Below are positions 38,060-49,161 of a DNA stretch of 64,000 nt, piece after piece. Position numbers and translations under genes: made by a program. The stretch comes from Raillietiella orientalis. Its lineage: Eukaryota. Below the pieces are notes generated by a model, which saw only the letters and a list, made by a program, of their open reading frames with translations, was not told where the DNA came from and searched no databases. The DNA lies in the NCBI GenBank assembly GCA_036172245.1, contig JAYWIR010000005.1:5208001-5272000 (forward strand). The letters are read 5' to 3'. Every line of letters starts with the position of its first letter. The first letter of the stretch is position 1.

Positions 38060-39386
38060 GTGAAGACTATCGTGGGAAACGGGCCTAAGACATGAAATCC
38101 GCATAAAAGACTTGGTGGCGCCGCGCCAGAATTCCGGCTTGGGCATCCTGACTTTCCACAAGGTCGGACGGCAAGTGCAGTTCCCTCTATTGGAACTCTG
38201 TGGGAAATTGTGGAGTTCTTTGCGGTGTGCTCCTGCAAGTCTCATCCTTCGGCGATGCGCTGGAAGCGAAGGACTTTTTTCGCTACCTCCGCGCGGCCGG
38301 CGCAGGATGTCGGGATTCAACATTCCCCTGAGGCAACTGTCCATCCTGTTGGAATCCCAGCCTTGGATCTTCTGCCACCCAAAAAACTGGAACGCTTGGA
38401 AGCAGAAGGCATTGGAGTCCTGAGTTGCCACCCTGGAAGTGGACCCAGAGGAACTTCCTCTGCTGCAGAAACTCCTGCTAAAAAATATCCTGCAGGGTTG
38501 GACTCGGTGATTCTGGATAACCGTCACACCCCTTGCCGCAGCGCTGTCTGCCCTCAGGGCAAACTATGACAGCAGCCAACTGGAGGGTTGGGAGCTCTCC
38601 TTCAACATTTCAGGAGTCGAGAAACTCCTTGACGGCTGCAGAACGAGCGAATTGGTGAAAGCCATCACTCCGCGTTTCCAGGCAACTCCTCCGGAGAACC
38701 CCGATCCCTTGTATGCGGGCACCTCCATGTTCCCGCTCCGTTGGAAACGGGACGTTCTGCCGTTTCTGTACTGGGGGTTCCGTGCAGAATCCCCGGTGCA
38801 GACTACGGTGCGCAGGCACCCGGTTCCCGGGGAGTAGCCTCCCGAGCTGGTTAAAGTGCAGGGCGACGGAATCATTTCCGCATCTCTTGCTGCACTGCAT
38901 TGCTTTTGAGCATACTTCGCTTCGGACTTGCTGCGGTGCTTCTTCACGGAAGGCGGGATGACGGCGGGAGCCTGTGGGATCGCAACAATCTGTTGACTTC
39001 ACACCATAGGATGCTATGTATGGAGTCTCGTTCTCAGTGAAGGGAGGTCACTCGCATGGCAACCGCCTTGACGGGGACGGCTGCAAGGTGGCCTCACCTT
39101 CCAGAATATGTCCTCGGAAAGGTCGCCACCATCCATAGCCGCTTCTAGGAAGAAAGCAACAAAGAAAACCAAAGACCCCTGTCCCTTGCTTCCCGTTTTT
39201 TTTCTAATATATTTATTGTTTCCTCTTGTTCCGGACTTCTCTAAAAGCCCGTCTGCGTGCTGGTGGTAATTCTCTTTGAATTTCTTTTTGTTTGTTTGTT
39301 GTTCAACCTGTACTCATGGGACACTGTCCCCTGATTCTCAGTTTATTTATTTTAAAATAAACATCCCAACGTGACCGGGTACAAAT
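38060..39386 (+). mobile_element. L1/Tx1-clade LINE, 5'-truncated 3' fragment
   Basis: 'PRQNSGLGI' (PxxxGGLG), zinc finger 'KCRATESFPHLLLHC', and C-terminus 'ARWPHLPEYVLGKVATIHSRF*', homologous to the 9.5-10.1 kb copy. The 3' end is TTCTCAG..AAATAAAC, as in that copy. Confidence 0.8.
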
Positions 39387-39449
39387 CTAAGACATAGGCA
39401 GTAGAAGTCATGAAGGACAGTGCCAAAGGAACTTTTACCTTTGTCCTAT

Positions 39450-41400
39450 TGGCTGTGTGCTATCACATTTGCGGAATGAGTTTCAGCTGCAGGAAGTATA
39501 CCCTTCACCAGAGAGGAGTCTAAAAATGAAACTACTGAAGTTCTCTAAGTTATATACCTTGCATTACGGCCGAAAGAGTTCCTCTTCTTTTAGCAAAACA
39601 ATCAGAAGGAGGTAGAACATCCAGGGTCAAGCTGGCAGATGACATTCCAGCTCTCTAGCCTCGGAATGAAAGGACAGAATTCTATAACTGTGCACTGCAC
39701 CGTTCGTGGTTGTGTGTAATCTACCGTCTGCTCAGTACATCGGGAGGCCGTAACAACTATTTCAATCAGCCCACGCTGAGTTCAATCGGTAGTCATCACC
39801 AACAAAGAAACATGGAAATGTTTCAGTGTTCAGAGGAACACCTTAAGGATTGCCTACTGCGATGGCTTGCCGCATTTCTCAGTCATATGGTTGAGTTGAT
39901 AACCGTTCTGGGATCAACTTTTCTCGCTCTCCTATTTTGGTTTCCTCTATAGGAGAATCAAGGTACTTGTTACTTCTTCCTGTAACTCAGATAAAGAATA
40001 AAAAAAAAAAAACAGGCAGTAACGTTCCAACGCGAAACGTTTACTAAATGGAAAGGGCAAAGGCGAACTGAAAGGATTTTTGCTTACGGATTATCGAAAA
40101 TCCAGAATAGTCTTTTGAAGAATACTACAGATCCATGGGCTGGAGAATTCAATGGAAACGAGAGGCATGAAACCTTTGAGTCCTTGGACATTCTCCAAGT
40201 TCACTTGAGGAAAATGTCAGAGTAGATGATACCACTCCATTAGCAGCTCAGATAGAGTTAAAGCTGAGCAAGGTCACTGTCAAAAGGTAAAAGGAATAAA
40301 AAAAAAATTAATCCGACTATTTCAAGATAAGGAATCAGAAGGATGTGGAAAAAAATCGTGGGAAAGTATATACAAAATTCTCTCATTTAGAGAAGACAGA
40401 GAGATTTATTGCATTGTTTCAGATGGAAGGAAGGAAAAAAAACACCTTGAAGACTTGTTACCAAGGTGTTATCTTCCTTGTTTTCACGGATCAAGTCCTT
40501 AATCAGAGAGGGCTTCTTTCTTCCTTAACAGATTAAAAAAAAGAATGCCTTCCTCGGCAGTATTCATTATTCATAAACGTCTACTTAAAGAGCACAATAG
40601 CAGAGTAAGTCCTCGAAAGAAACCATTCTAAAAGCAACAAGAGATTACCCCAACAGCAACTTTGTGTCCACGCCACTGTAGCCATTGATCAAGAGCATCT
40701 CCGAGTGGCCATATCTCTGTATTTCGGAACTGGTACCCTTAGTGCGCAAAGGTCAGGTTGGTTCTTCTAAGTTCATCTGAACTCTTCGAATAGATACCAC
40801 AAAGAGACATTTCGAACATTTTTTTCCTGTAGACACCTTCAAGAATACAAACAAGTTCCGAGGGAATGTTTCCTATTCTTCTTTTTGATATTAAAAGGCA
40901 GCATTTTGATAAGGATGCACTTCAAACATAGATTATGTGCACCTCCTCTAATACGCGCGAACTCATCGTACACTGCAATTTCCCTTAGGTTCTCCTTTGT
41001 GGAAAGCCTTCATTGGAGAACCTGAAAAACCTGTAACTTCTATTCCTCCTTGAGGACCACGAACAAGAACCTCAATGAATGATATAGGACTCCTGACCTC
41101 CGCGTTCGAGACGAGACATCCTTGACAGTGTGACCCATCCAGAATCTCTGAAGGGATACTCCTGAAGGTCTCATGCAATAGAGGGAACCGTCTTGTTGCC
41201 TCCCTTTGCCACAACGTTTGGAGACATTACGAAGGCCTTGCATGCTCTTGTTTTCGATGATGACACAAAAACAGAAAAAAACAGCTTGTTCATAACAGAA
41301 AGCAGCACTGGATCGCATTGTCCTTTCATCACAAAACTCGTCACATTTCCATGTGTTTGGTGTAGAGAAGAATTCCAATCATTCAGAAAAGCATGAAGAT
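39450..41400 (+). mobile_element. Decayed CR1/Jockey-like LINE (APE-RT remnants)
   Basis: 'LCVIYRLLS' (VIYRPP-like APE motif, ~39710) and 'GSIL' (QGSVL-like, ~40900). Otherwise very degenerate. Confidence 0.3.
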
Positions 41401-43028
41401 AAAGAGATTATTAAGTATGTATACACGTAGCTACGATAAGCTTCTGAGGAGCTTACCAAAGAATACGGACCTTTGTATCTGGACCAGACACTTGAAACCT
41501 TTCGGTCGCAACTGACTGCATCTCATCCAAGAAACGCTCTGAGGACACAAAACGAACTCCAGTGTCTTATATTCAAAATTTAGAACGGCCAATTTCTGGA
41601 TATCAATTTTTCCTCCCCCCTCTTCCCCCATTCTGTGAATCCCTTCCGATTTCTCCGGTCCGACTCGGTGACGTTCGTCACCTTCCGTCAGCGCTGGAGA
41701 TGGAAAATGAACAAAAAGGACAGAAAAATGGACCCTTTCCGTGAAGCAACGAGAGTATTCATAAAACATGGAACGAACCGGCCACGGATGAAGGGAACAT
41801 CCAGAATTCGATGAAACCTTGGCAACGGCTTGCTAAGGTCTGATCCTGATGAAACGTCTGTTGAATCCAATTTCAGATTGCATCCCGGAAAAGAAAGTTC
41901 ACCTTCTTCGTGGTTGCAAAAACATGAGTTTCGTTTTTGGCACTGCTGGTTCCATTTTCTCGAAGGAGCCTTGGGCGTTTATGCAAGCAAATCCTCGAAA
42001 GCACCCATATCTTGGTCCAGTTCTCGCATAAAAGTCGTCGACCGAGCTGCATCTGCGGCACCAGCCGTCTCGGCAAGCGCTGAAGGGGGAGAGAATTCTT
42101 CACTTCTCAAACAGGAGGCTTCGATCCGATCAGCAGCCGCCACTTGGTCAATCCTTCCGGACGCAGTTCTGGGGCACAAACGAGCTGTTTCCTACGAACC
42201 AACCCTTGGGCATCTTGAGCTCTTGACGGCTGTTACGAGGTGTCACGAGGCATCCCTTGGCGCACCCCCTCCGGGTATGGTTTAGGAAGCTCGGCAATCA
42301 CCCCACTGGTTGCTCAGCTTGTGCATATGATCTTGAGATTTTCAAACTCTTTAAGGTGCTGTTGCACTTGCAGAGGTTGCTTCAAGCTGCGCGCTTTTCC
42401 GTTTCGAGCTTCAGCAGTGAGATTTTTGAACTCTCGTGCTTTGCAGAAAAAAAAATCCTTTGCCATTTTCATAGTCGGGATAGACTGGCGGCAAATTAAG
42501 GGAGCAGCCTTCCCGTTACTTCAACGAGGAAAACTTCTCCGGTGCAAGAGCAGTCAAGCTGCCGGCGCTCCTCGCACAATTCCCCCCCCCCCCCCCCCAT
42601 CCTTACTGAGCATTTTAGCAGAGTTTCATTTATGTAAATCCAAAGTATTTGAAACTACGAAGCAAAATAGCGAAAGCGTTACACAAATTCGTTCTGAAGT
42701 GGGCAAGCACTGACGGAAGTAAAGGAATTCAAGTCCGTTTCTAGCACCTTCCTTTAAACTTATATTGCATTCCTCGAAACTAACATCCTGCGCAACGTCG
42801 TATCCCTTCATATCGAGAGTTGCGATGAAATCTTCGTAGACTTTTACTGAACTTTCTGCTGTGTGAAGTCTTGGATTTGCATCAACGAACCTCACAGTGA
42901 GTGGCTTGGTTCAAGTTTGTATTAAGTACAAAAAAACTCTGAGCTGCTGGAGTTTTTTGGACTATGGATATTCTAGATGGAAGGCCGCAGAAAAAAATAG
43001 AGATTGTTGAAATAATAGTATGTGTATC

Positions 43029-46000
43029 CAGTGCTGATATTCAAAATCTTTAACAACCGGTACGCATGGGTGTCCGCAGGATTTTTGCGGGGGGGGGAGG
43101 AGGGGGCAAAATTCTCCAACAAAAGAAAAAACATCTGATTATACCTCTGTTTTGCAAGAGCAGGAAAAAAAATATGCCCGTGCCGGTACGTTTAGTATCT
43201 AGAAAAATATTTTTTTTACACATTTATTTATAATTATTTACATACATGCACCATTAATATCATAATATAATATTTTACACAAACGGCTTCCGATTCATGC
43301 CTTGGTTCATGCCAAGGTGTAGTGGGAGCACTAGATTGTGGCTTGCCAGATGGTGCACAACCAGGATTTAACAAGTCTTTAACGAGTTTTCCTATTAAAT
43401 TAATAGCCATTAATTGTTGTCTCTACTGGTATAGAATTTCCTTCAATATCGATAATATTATTCATTGTGCTGGTACCTCTTTCCGCTTCAGCAGAATTAA
43501 CAGCAATAACATTCAAAATTCTTTTGGCTCTGAAAATACTATTTGGAATCTTTTTACACTCTATATCTCTTCTATCAACAAAATCTCGAAACTCGTTCAC
43601 TGAAACTTTGTGTTTTAGAATTCTGTTCAGCTGCTTCGGTCGATTTTCTCCTTCATTCCACGGTGCTTCGGAAACATCACTCGGCCAAGTTTCAGGACTT
43701 ACTAAATTAAAATAAAACAAAAGAGCATTGTATTTTCTATTTTTATCGTCTAATAGTATACGCACTTTCATATGTTTTACTAAACAATCAAGAAATCCAT
43801 CTCTCCAAAATACAATGGATCTTTTATTTTTATTAACTTTAAATGAAATACTGTGCTTTTTCGTTTCTAAAATATCTTCTGCATCTTTTTCATGATTTCC
43901 TCTATCAGATTTCAAATGTTCAATTCCATTCATTGTTCAGCGAGTCAATCTGTCTTCTCTAATAACTGAAATGTTTCTGTCCTGCAAGGCCAGAAATATT
44001 TCAGTTTCATCGAAATTCCTTCTAGAATGTCATTTATCAAGGCTGAATATCTTGAAAAGTTTTCTTTTTCAAATTAAAAAATTTGTTCTCACTTCATGAT
44101 TTTGATTACAGTGAATACACAAAACCCGATGTGATTTCCAAACTGCTTTTGCGGTTCCAGCGCTGCAAGCTGCCCAACGAGCTTCAAGTATTTCAGTACT
44201 TCAATTCCGAGTTCCTTGGAAATTTCTAATTTAGTTCTTTCTGACGTTCATTTGACGTGTGATAATAAGCATAAATTTGTCGCTAAAATGTCTAAATCGG
44301 TTTACTTCTTTTTCATCTTTGCATTGCATCATCCACAGACAACTGGATGGAATGGGCTAGAGAGTGACCAAATGCAAGCACCTGGAAATTTTTCTTCCAT
44401 TTTTGCCGAAACTCCATTTCACTGGCGCCGTCTGCCCCAATTCCGATGAGATTTCCATGCAAACATTTTTCATCAAAGCCATGTTTTAAAGAGAACCGAA
44501 ATGAAAGTTTTAAAAATGATTTCTGATGTTGTCCCTTCGGTTTCAACAAGATCAATAAAAACTGCAACGCTCTCTTCAAAATCCAAAATTCTGGATTTTA
44601 AATAAACAATGCAAACACTTTTGTGTGAAACAGTTGAGGCTTCATCGATAATAGTTGAAATTTTGCAGCCTCCATTTATCAATTTTCCAAAAATCTCTTA
44701 TTTCTACCGAGATATGCTTCGCGACAAGTGGAATCCTTGAATGAAATGAAACTCTCAAATCTACATTATTCTTTCTTTGCAAAGTTGTTAAATTTTCAAA
44801 GTCATGAAATGGTTTGTTATTTTTAATTATGACGTAAATAGTATTAAAAACATTTTCATTAGCTAAATCAATAATTTCTGAAATGAATTTTGTTCCACCG
44901 TTTTGATTGCATCCCCTGCTTTCTTGTGTGATGCTGAATCATCATGTTCTTTCAGTTTTTTCCTAATTGATGATTGCAAATTTTGTTTGTTTGACCCGTG
45001 AGCTTTGACCGAACATGATGTCCACTCTACAGAAGTGTATAAATATTCAGCACTTTCCACATTTAACGATGCTACTTTTGAGCACCATCGACATCCCATT
45101 TGTCCACCATTAGGAATACGAAGCCAATCGTTTGAAAATTCCAAAAATGCGAAAAACTCTCATTCTCAACTGATATTTGCGTAGCATCACAACATGTCCC
45201 AGATTGTTCCAGTCCTTGTCGAGTTTTAGAAGTGTCTTCATTCTTTCTGGATTCTTCCCTTCCTTCTTCAAACTCCGACAAATTTCCAGGTTGCTGTTCA
45301 TCATGGCTATTGCTCACTTTTTTTGAAGCACTCAAAAAATTGTTCAAGTAATGCTGTCTCTTCATTCTGAAGGCAATAATAAATTAATCAATACATTTTA
45401 AAAATTAATTATCATTAAAGTTCATTTTAAAATAGTGTACTTACATGAAAGATGAACGATTTACATTCGAATGCCATTAAGAGAATATGCTCTTATCTTT
45501 CAGAATACATCTTTAAAAAGTCCTTTTAATGCTCTGGTTAAAGAAATGGATTTGTGTGAACATGATATTGTATGCTGTTAGACATGGGATATTTTAGAGA
45601 TAGAGTTTGAATTTTAGATTCTCGAATTTTCTGTATAGGAATCAGTAATGATGTTTTTATCTAACACATTCCATTTTCAAGTGCTTAGGATACACAGTAA
45701 CCATACCTTAATGGGTATGCAATCATTAAATGAACTTTCATTGATATTATTGGTGAAAGTTGTGTGCATTTACTTTTTTCTTACTTCATCTATGTTTTGT
45801 ATTCTTTTCCTTTATCATTTTTAATGTTTTCTTGCTGCTGCTAGATGTTTCTCTGTAATAAAATAATGGCACGATTTTTTGAAGAAAAAGTTTGTTTAAG
45901 AAACATATGACTAATAGTACAAATGGCAGGTCAAAAGAGGCCTAGTTTAGGGTCGCAACCGACCTTTGCAGGACTGGCTGTAACCCCACCCACACCACGA

Positions 46001-46177
46001 CTGGTGATAAATGCTATTTAAGAAGAAAGAATAATAGAATGCTTGTAGACGAATAAATCTATGGATATCTTTCTGTTTTATTCACTTATTAAACTAACGT
46101 CACCATGATGCAATTAGGTAACGCGTTTAACAACCGGTACGGCCGTACCGGTGCGTACCGGCTGAATGTCGGCCCTG
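43029..46177 (-). mobile_element. hAT (Tip100-like; KIAA1586/ZNF862-type transposase) DNA transposon, inactivated
   Basis: TIRs CAGTGCTGATATTCA and CAGGGCCGACATTCA (12/15). Degenerate 8-bp TSD TGTGTATC/TCTGTTTC. Subterminal CCGGTACG repeats. Transposase motifs on the minus strand: 'MGCRWC..KLKEHDDSASH', 'IIDEASTVS', 'GIGADGAS', 'RWAA', 'VNSAEAERGTSTMN' (hATC). Frameshifted. Confidence 0.9.
43065..43182. mobile_element. 118-bp hAT-type MITE nested in the larger hAT element
   Basis: Perfect 8-bp flanking direct repeat CCGGTACG (43057-43064 and 43183-43190). Imperfect TIRs CATGGGTGT and CACGGGCAT. Internal G-run. Confidence 0.7.
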
Positions 46178-46199
46178 TCTGTTTCTAAAATATATTTGA

Positions 46200-47183
46200 G
46201 TAATTATTCTAACAACTACACCAAATTTCTCTGTAAGAAACTTTTGTGCTGAGGAAGAGAATAAGCCTGCTTTAACAGGAAAACGGGAATATAAAATATC
46301 TTCCCGTTTTCTGAAACCAACTAATAAATAATGTATGGCACCGATTTTGATTTAAGCTTGGAAGTCGTAGCAGCGCGCCCATCGGTGCTAATAGTTGATT
46401 TAGATTAGCAAATCACTTTTATATTAAAGAGCCTTTTTCTTCGAGTCACGGGATTTCTCCTGTTTTCTCCTTTGAATGCCTGAAATGCAGTTTCTCGTTC
46501 TTTATCCGGAAATTTCAGTGTAGAGCTGTGCATTCTATTAACAAATCCTCTGAGGTATTTCTGTATGACTTTTTAACACAACGAATTACCACACCACCTG
46601 TGAATATTGTCTTCGCCCAAATCATTTGGCTTATTGAAATTCTAATGGCATATGCACGAAAGGGAGTTTCGAGAATTTTTTCAGTGGGAAATCCGTATGG
46701 CATTTTATTAAAAATGTGTGACAAAGTGAACGGGAACTTCATCCAAAGACTTGCTAAAATCGGAATTCCTTAGTCATTTTGACCAGCAGACAAGCTATTT
46801 TTCACATTCGCTTGTTTACTTTGCTCATGATGGACTTGTGAAGTGCCAACCTCCAGAGGAAACTGTAATCATTTCTGTAATAATTTTTGCCAGTTCCATT
46901 TGATTTGAAACGCTGGTGCTCTCGCGTGGTTCCATGCAGTTTTCGGGATTTCTTGTTTTAATCTAACGTTCGTCCGAAGAAACGAGCCTTGTGAAAATTG
47001 GAGCTCGGTTAAGTAATCGAGATGGATGTGAAGGGGAACTAAAGGCCTGTTCTAATTTTGAACCCGTGATATATCCTCGGAAAACGAATCCTAGGTTTTA
47101 GAGTAGTGCCCCAAAATAAAGCGTATCCCCGATTCTGCAGCCGCATGTGATCGACGAAAGTATCTCCTCAAGGGAAAAAAAAA
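46200..47183 (+). promoter_or_regulatory. CpG-retaining upstream/promoter region of TMEM161
   Basis: About 37 CpG counted by hand in 46201-47160, against near absence in the downstream gene bodies. Lies directly 5' of the ATG. Confidence 0.4.
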
Positions 47184-49125
47184 ATGGTAAAGATGATTTT
47201 CATTTAATGCGGAATTCACTCAAGCCATCGTTTTAATCAAGTTGATTAATTTTGGTCACTTTAGGCTTTGTTAGGAGTGCAGCTTGTTATTACCTTAATT
47301 ATGATGAGCCTACTGCAGAAACTGGGAATGTATTTTTCGCTTGGACGCTGGCTGTTGTGTGGAACAGGGTACTGTTTAAAGAAATGAGGTAGAAAGAAGG
47401 TAAAAGCGTGCTTTATTTTCTGTATAGGTTACTGAGATTTCAACCCCCAACTAATGAAGCATTACGCAAACTTCTACCAAAGGCTAAAAACAAAAAAAAG
47501 GCACATGCACAAGAGAAAAACGGGATTCAAGAACCATTTAAAATACCTAGGAACATTGATATTCAGGTGATGTAAATAATCAATTTTTAATTTAAATTCT
47601 GCTTCTTAGCATGGTGTGGTTTTCCTAGAAAGGGGAGTACTTTTTACACTTGCTTGAATGTGCATATCCCTGTTTCAGTTGTACCTGAAGCCTGTCCATT
47701 TAAGTGAAGTGGCTCAATTACATTACTTTGTTGATTTCCAGTGGCTGATAGACTTTACTGCTGCTTCATTGATTGTGTACATTTTGACAGAAGTAAGTGA
47801 TGTAAAAAGCACAGCAAAAATGTCAAAGATCTTAATAGTTTTACATACAGATATTCCAGACATCTCATGAATTTAACTTGAGTCTAATATGGGTCAGTCT
47901 ATCCTTATTGTTTGCCATGTATCCTTTGAAAAAAAAATTACCTAATGTATCCTTAAATCCATTAGTAAGGTTTTGTTCAAACAGGTTATATTATATTTTT
48001 ATGGAGGTCCAGATATAGCTGGAGAAAGATCTCTTTGTTTGTCATCTGGTGGAATATTTTTCATGTTTGCAATGATTATGCTTATTATAGATGAAGGCAA
48101 ACTAGAATTTGGACTGGATGCAGCATATCACAACTTCAATGATACAATGATTAATTATCTTCACAATAAGGGCTTCCAGCAAAGGTAATGAAAATTACTG
48201 TTATACATAGGGCAACCATAGTAGAACTCCAGTATCCTTACTGATGGTCAAATTGATTTTGGCTGTCTTTTGTGCAGCAATCAGTGTTGTTATGACATTT
48301 CCTGGCATCCGATTTGGAAAATTGCATGCTTGCCTGATGCAAAAGTCTGAAAAACTAAGTCTACGTTGGTTGACTTTTAATGTCATATTCCTTGCACCAC
48401 TCTTTTTGCTATTATTGTGGATTAGACCTATGACAAGAAATTTGTTGACCACACATATCTGGTCAGGCTACAACCACCCAATGTGGGTAAACATTTTATG
48501 AGGAAAACTGAAAATCATGCTGCCAATTTTATGGATTAGAATGAATGAATCACAGTTCGAGTCTACACGTCTTTGGATTCTCCTCATTGTGTTGATGTGT
48601 AAAACAGTCACTCTGCCAACTTATCTGCAATCACACTTGGATTTTGTTGTTATCCAACAACGTGAGCAGCGCCAACAAGCAGGCTACATTACCAATGTGC
48701 AGCTTCAGCAGAAGGTAAATGGAAATTGCATATCACTTTGTTGAATTGTTGTAGATTTGGCAAATTTATTGTTATTTATGTGTGGTAGCAGTGCAACTTG
48801 TGGCTCCCCTCATTATTTGTATTAGTTGTTTACTGCTAGTGAAATCTTTAGGTAAGCTATAGCTAAAATGACTTTTGTCTAGCTTTTCCTGTGATTACAG
48901 GCCAACATAGCTGGATTGGAGTATCAGAGCTATCAGCCACAAGTACTTTGCATGAAGTATGTAGAGTGCATAAAATAAAGATAACAAATTCCTCATTATT
49001 ATTAGGTACTGACTTCTCAGGTGATCTGCAGTTTACTGAATCTAACAATCTGGTGGGTTTTATTGAGCTCTTTTATACACAGTGCTGTGGGTTTAGCTTA
49101 TGAAACATATTGGGCGCACAGCTAG
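47184..49125 (+). CDS. TMEM161: Transmembrane protein 161 homolog, 451 aa, 11 coding exons: 47184-47186, 47265-47368, 47428-47566, 47679-47792, 47851-47918, 47966-48184, 48222-48482, 48540-48714, 48755-48851, 48901-48956, 49006-49125
   Basis: The spliced frame is 1356 nt: '[18 protein letters not shown]', 'QWLIDF', 'GERSLC', 'TFPGIR', '[14 protein letters not shown]', 'LTIWW..GLAYETY'. All introns are GT-AG and phases are consistent. Confidence 0.95.
47919..47965 (+). other. U12-type (minor spliceosome) GT-AG intron, 47 nt
   Basis: 5' splice site GTATCCTTT. Branch-site-like TCCTTAAA at 47950-47957, about 10 nt from the AG. No polypyrimidine tract. Removal restores the frame 'LFAI/KVLF'. Confidence 0.85.
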
Positions 49126-49161
49126 CCTGTTATCCTATTTATGGAAATCATAGCAAAAGAG

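Noticed and set aside
41847..41890. CTGATGA-AAC-GTCT-GTT-GAAT resembling a hammerhead ribozyme core
   Set aside because: It has GAAT instead of GAAA, and no compatible stem I or NUH cleavage site. Other CTGATGA hits checked (33413, 33727 minus, 4919 minus) also fail.
41700..42900. Protein-like minus-strand fragments (e.g. 'VKVYEDFIATLDMKGYDVAQDV')
   Set aside because: The fragments could not be joined into a frame or assigned to a family.
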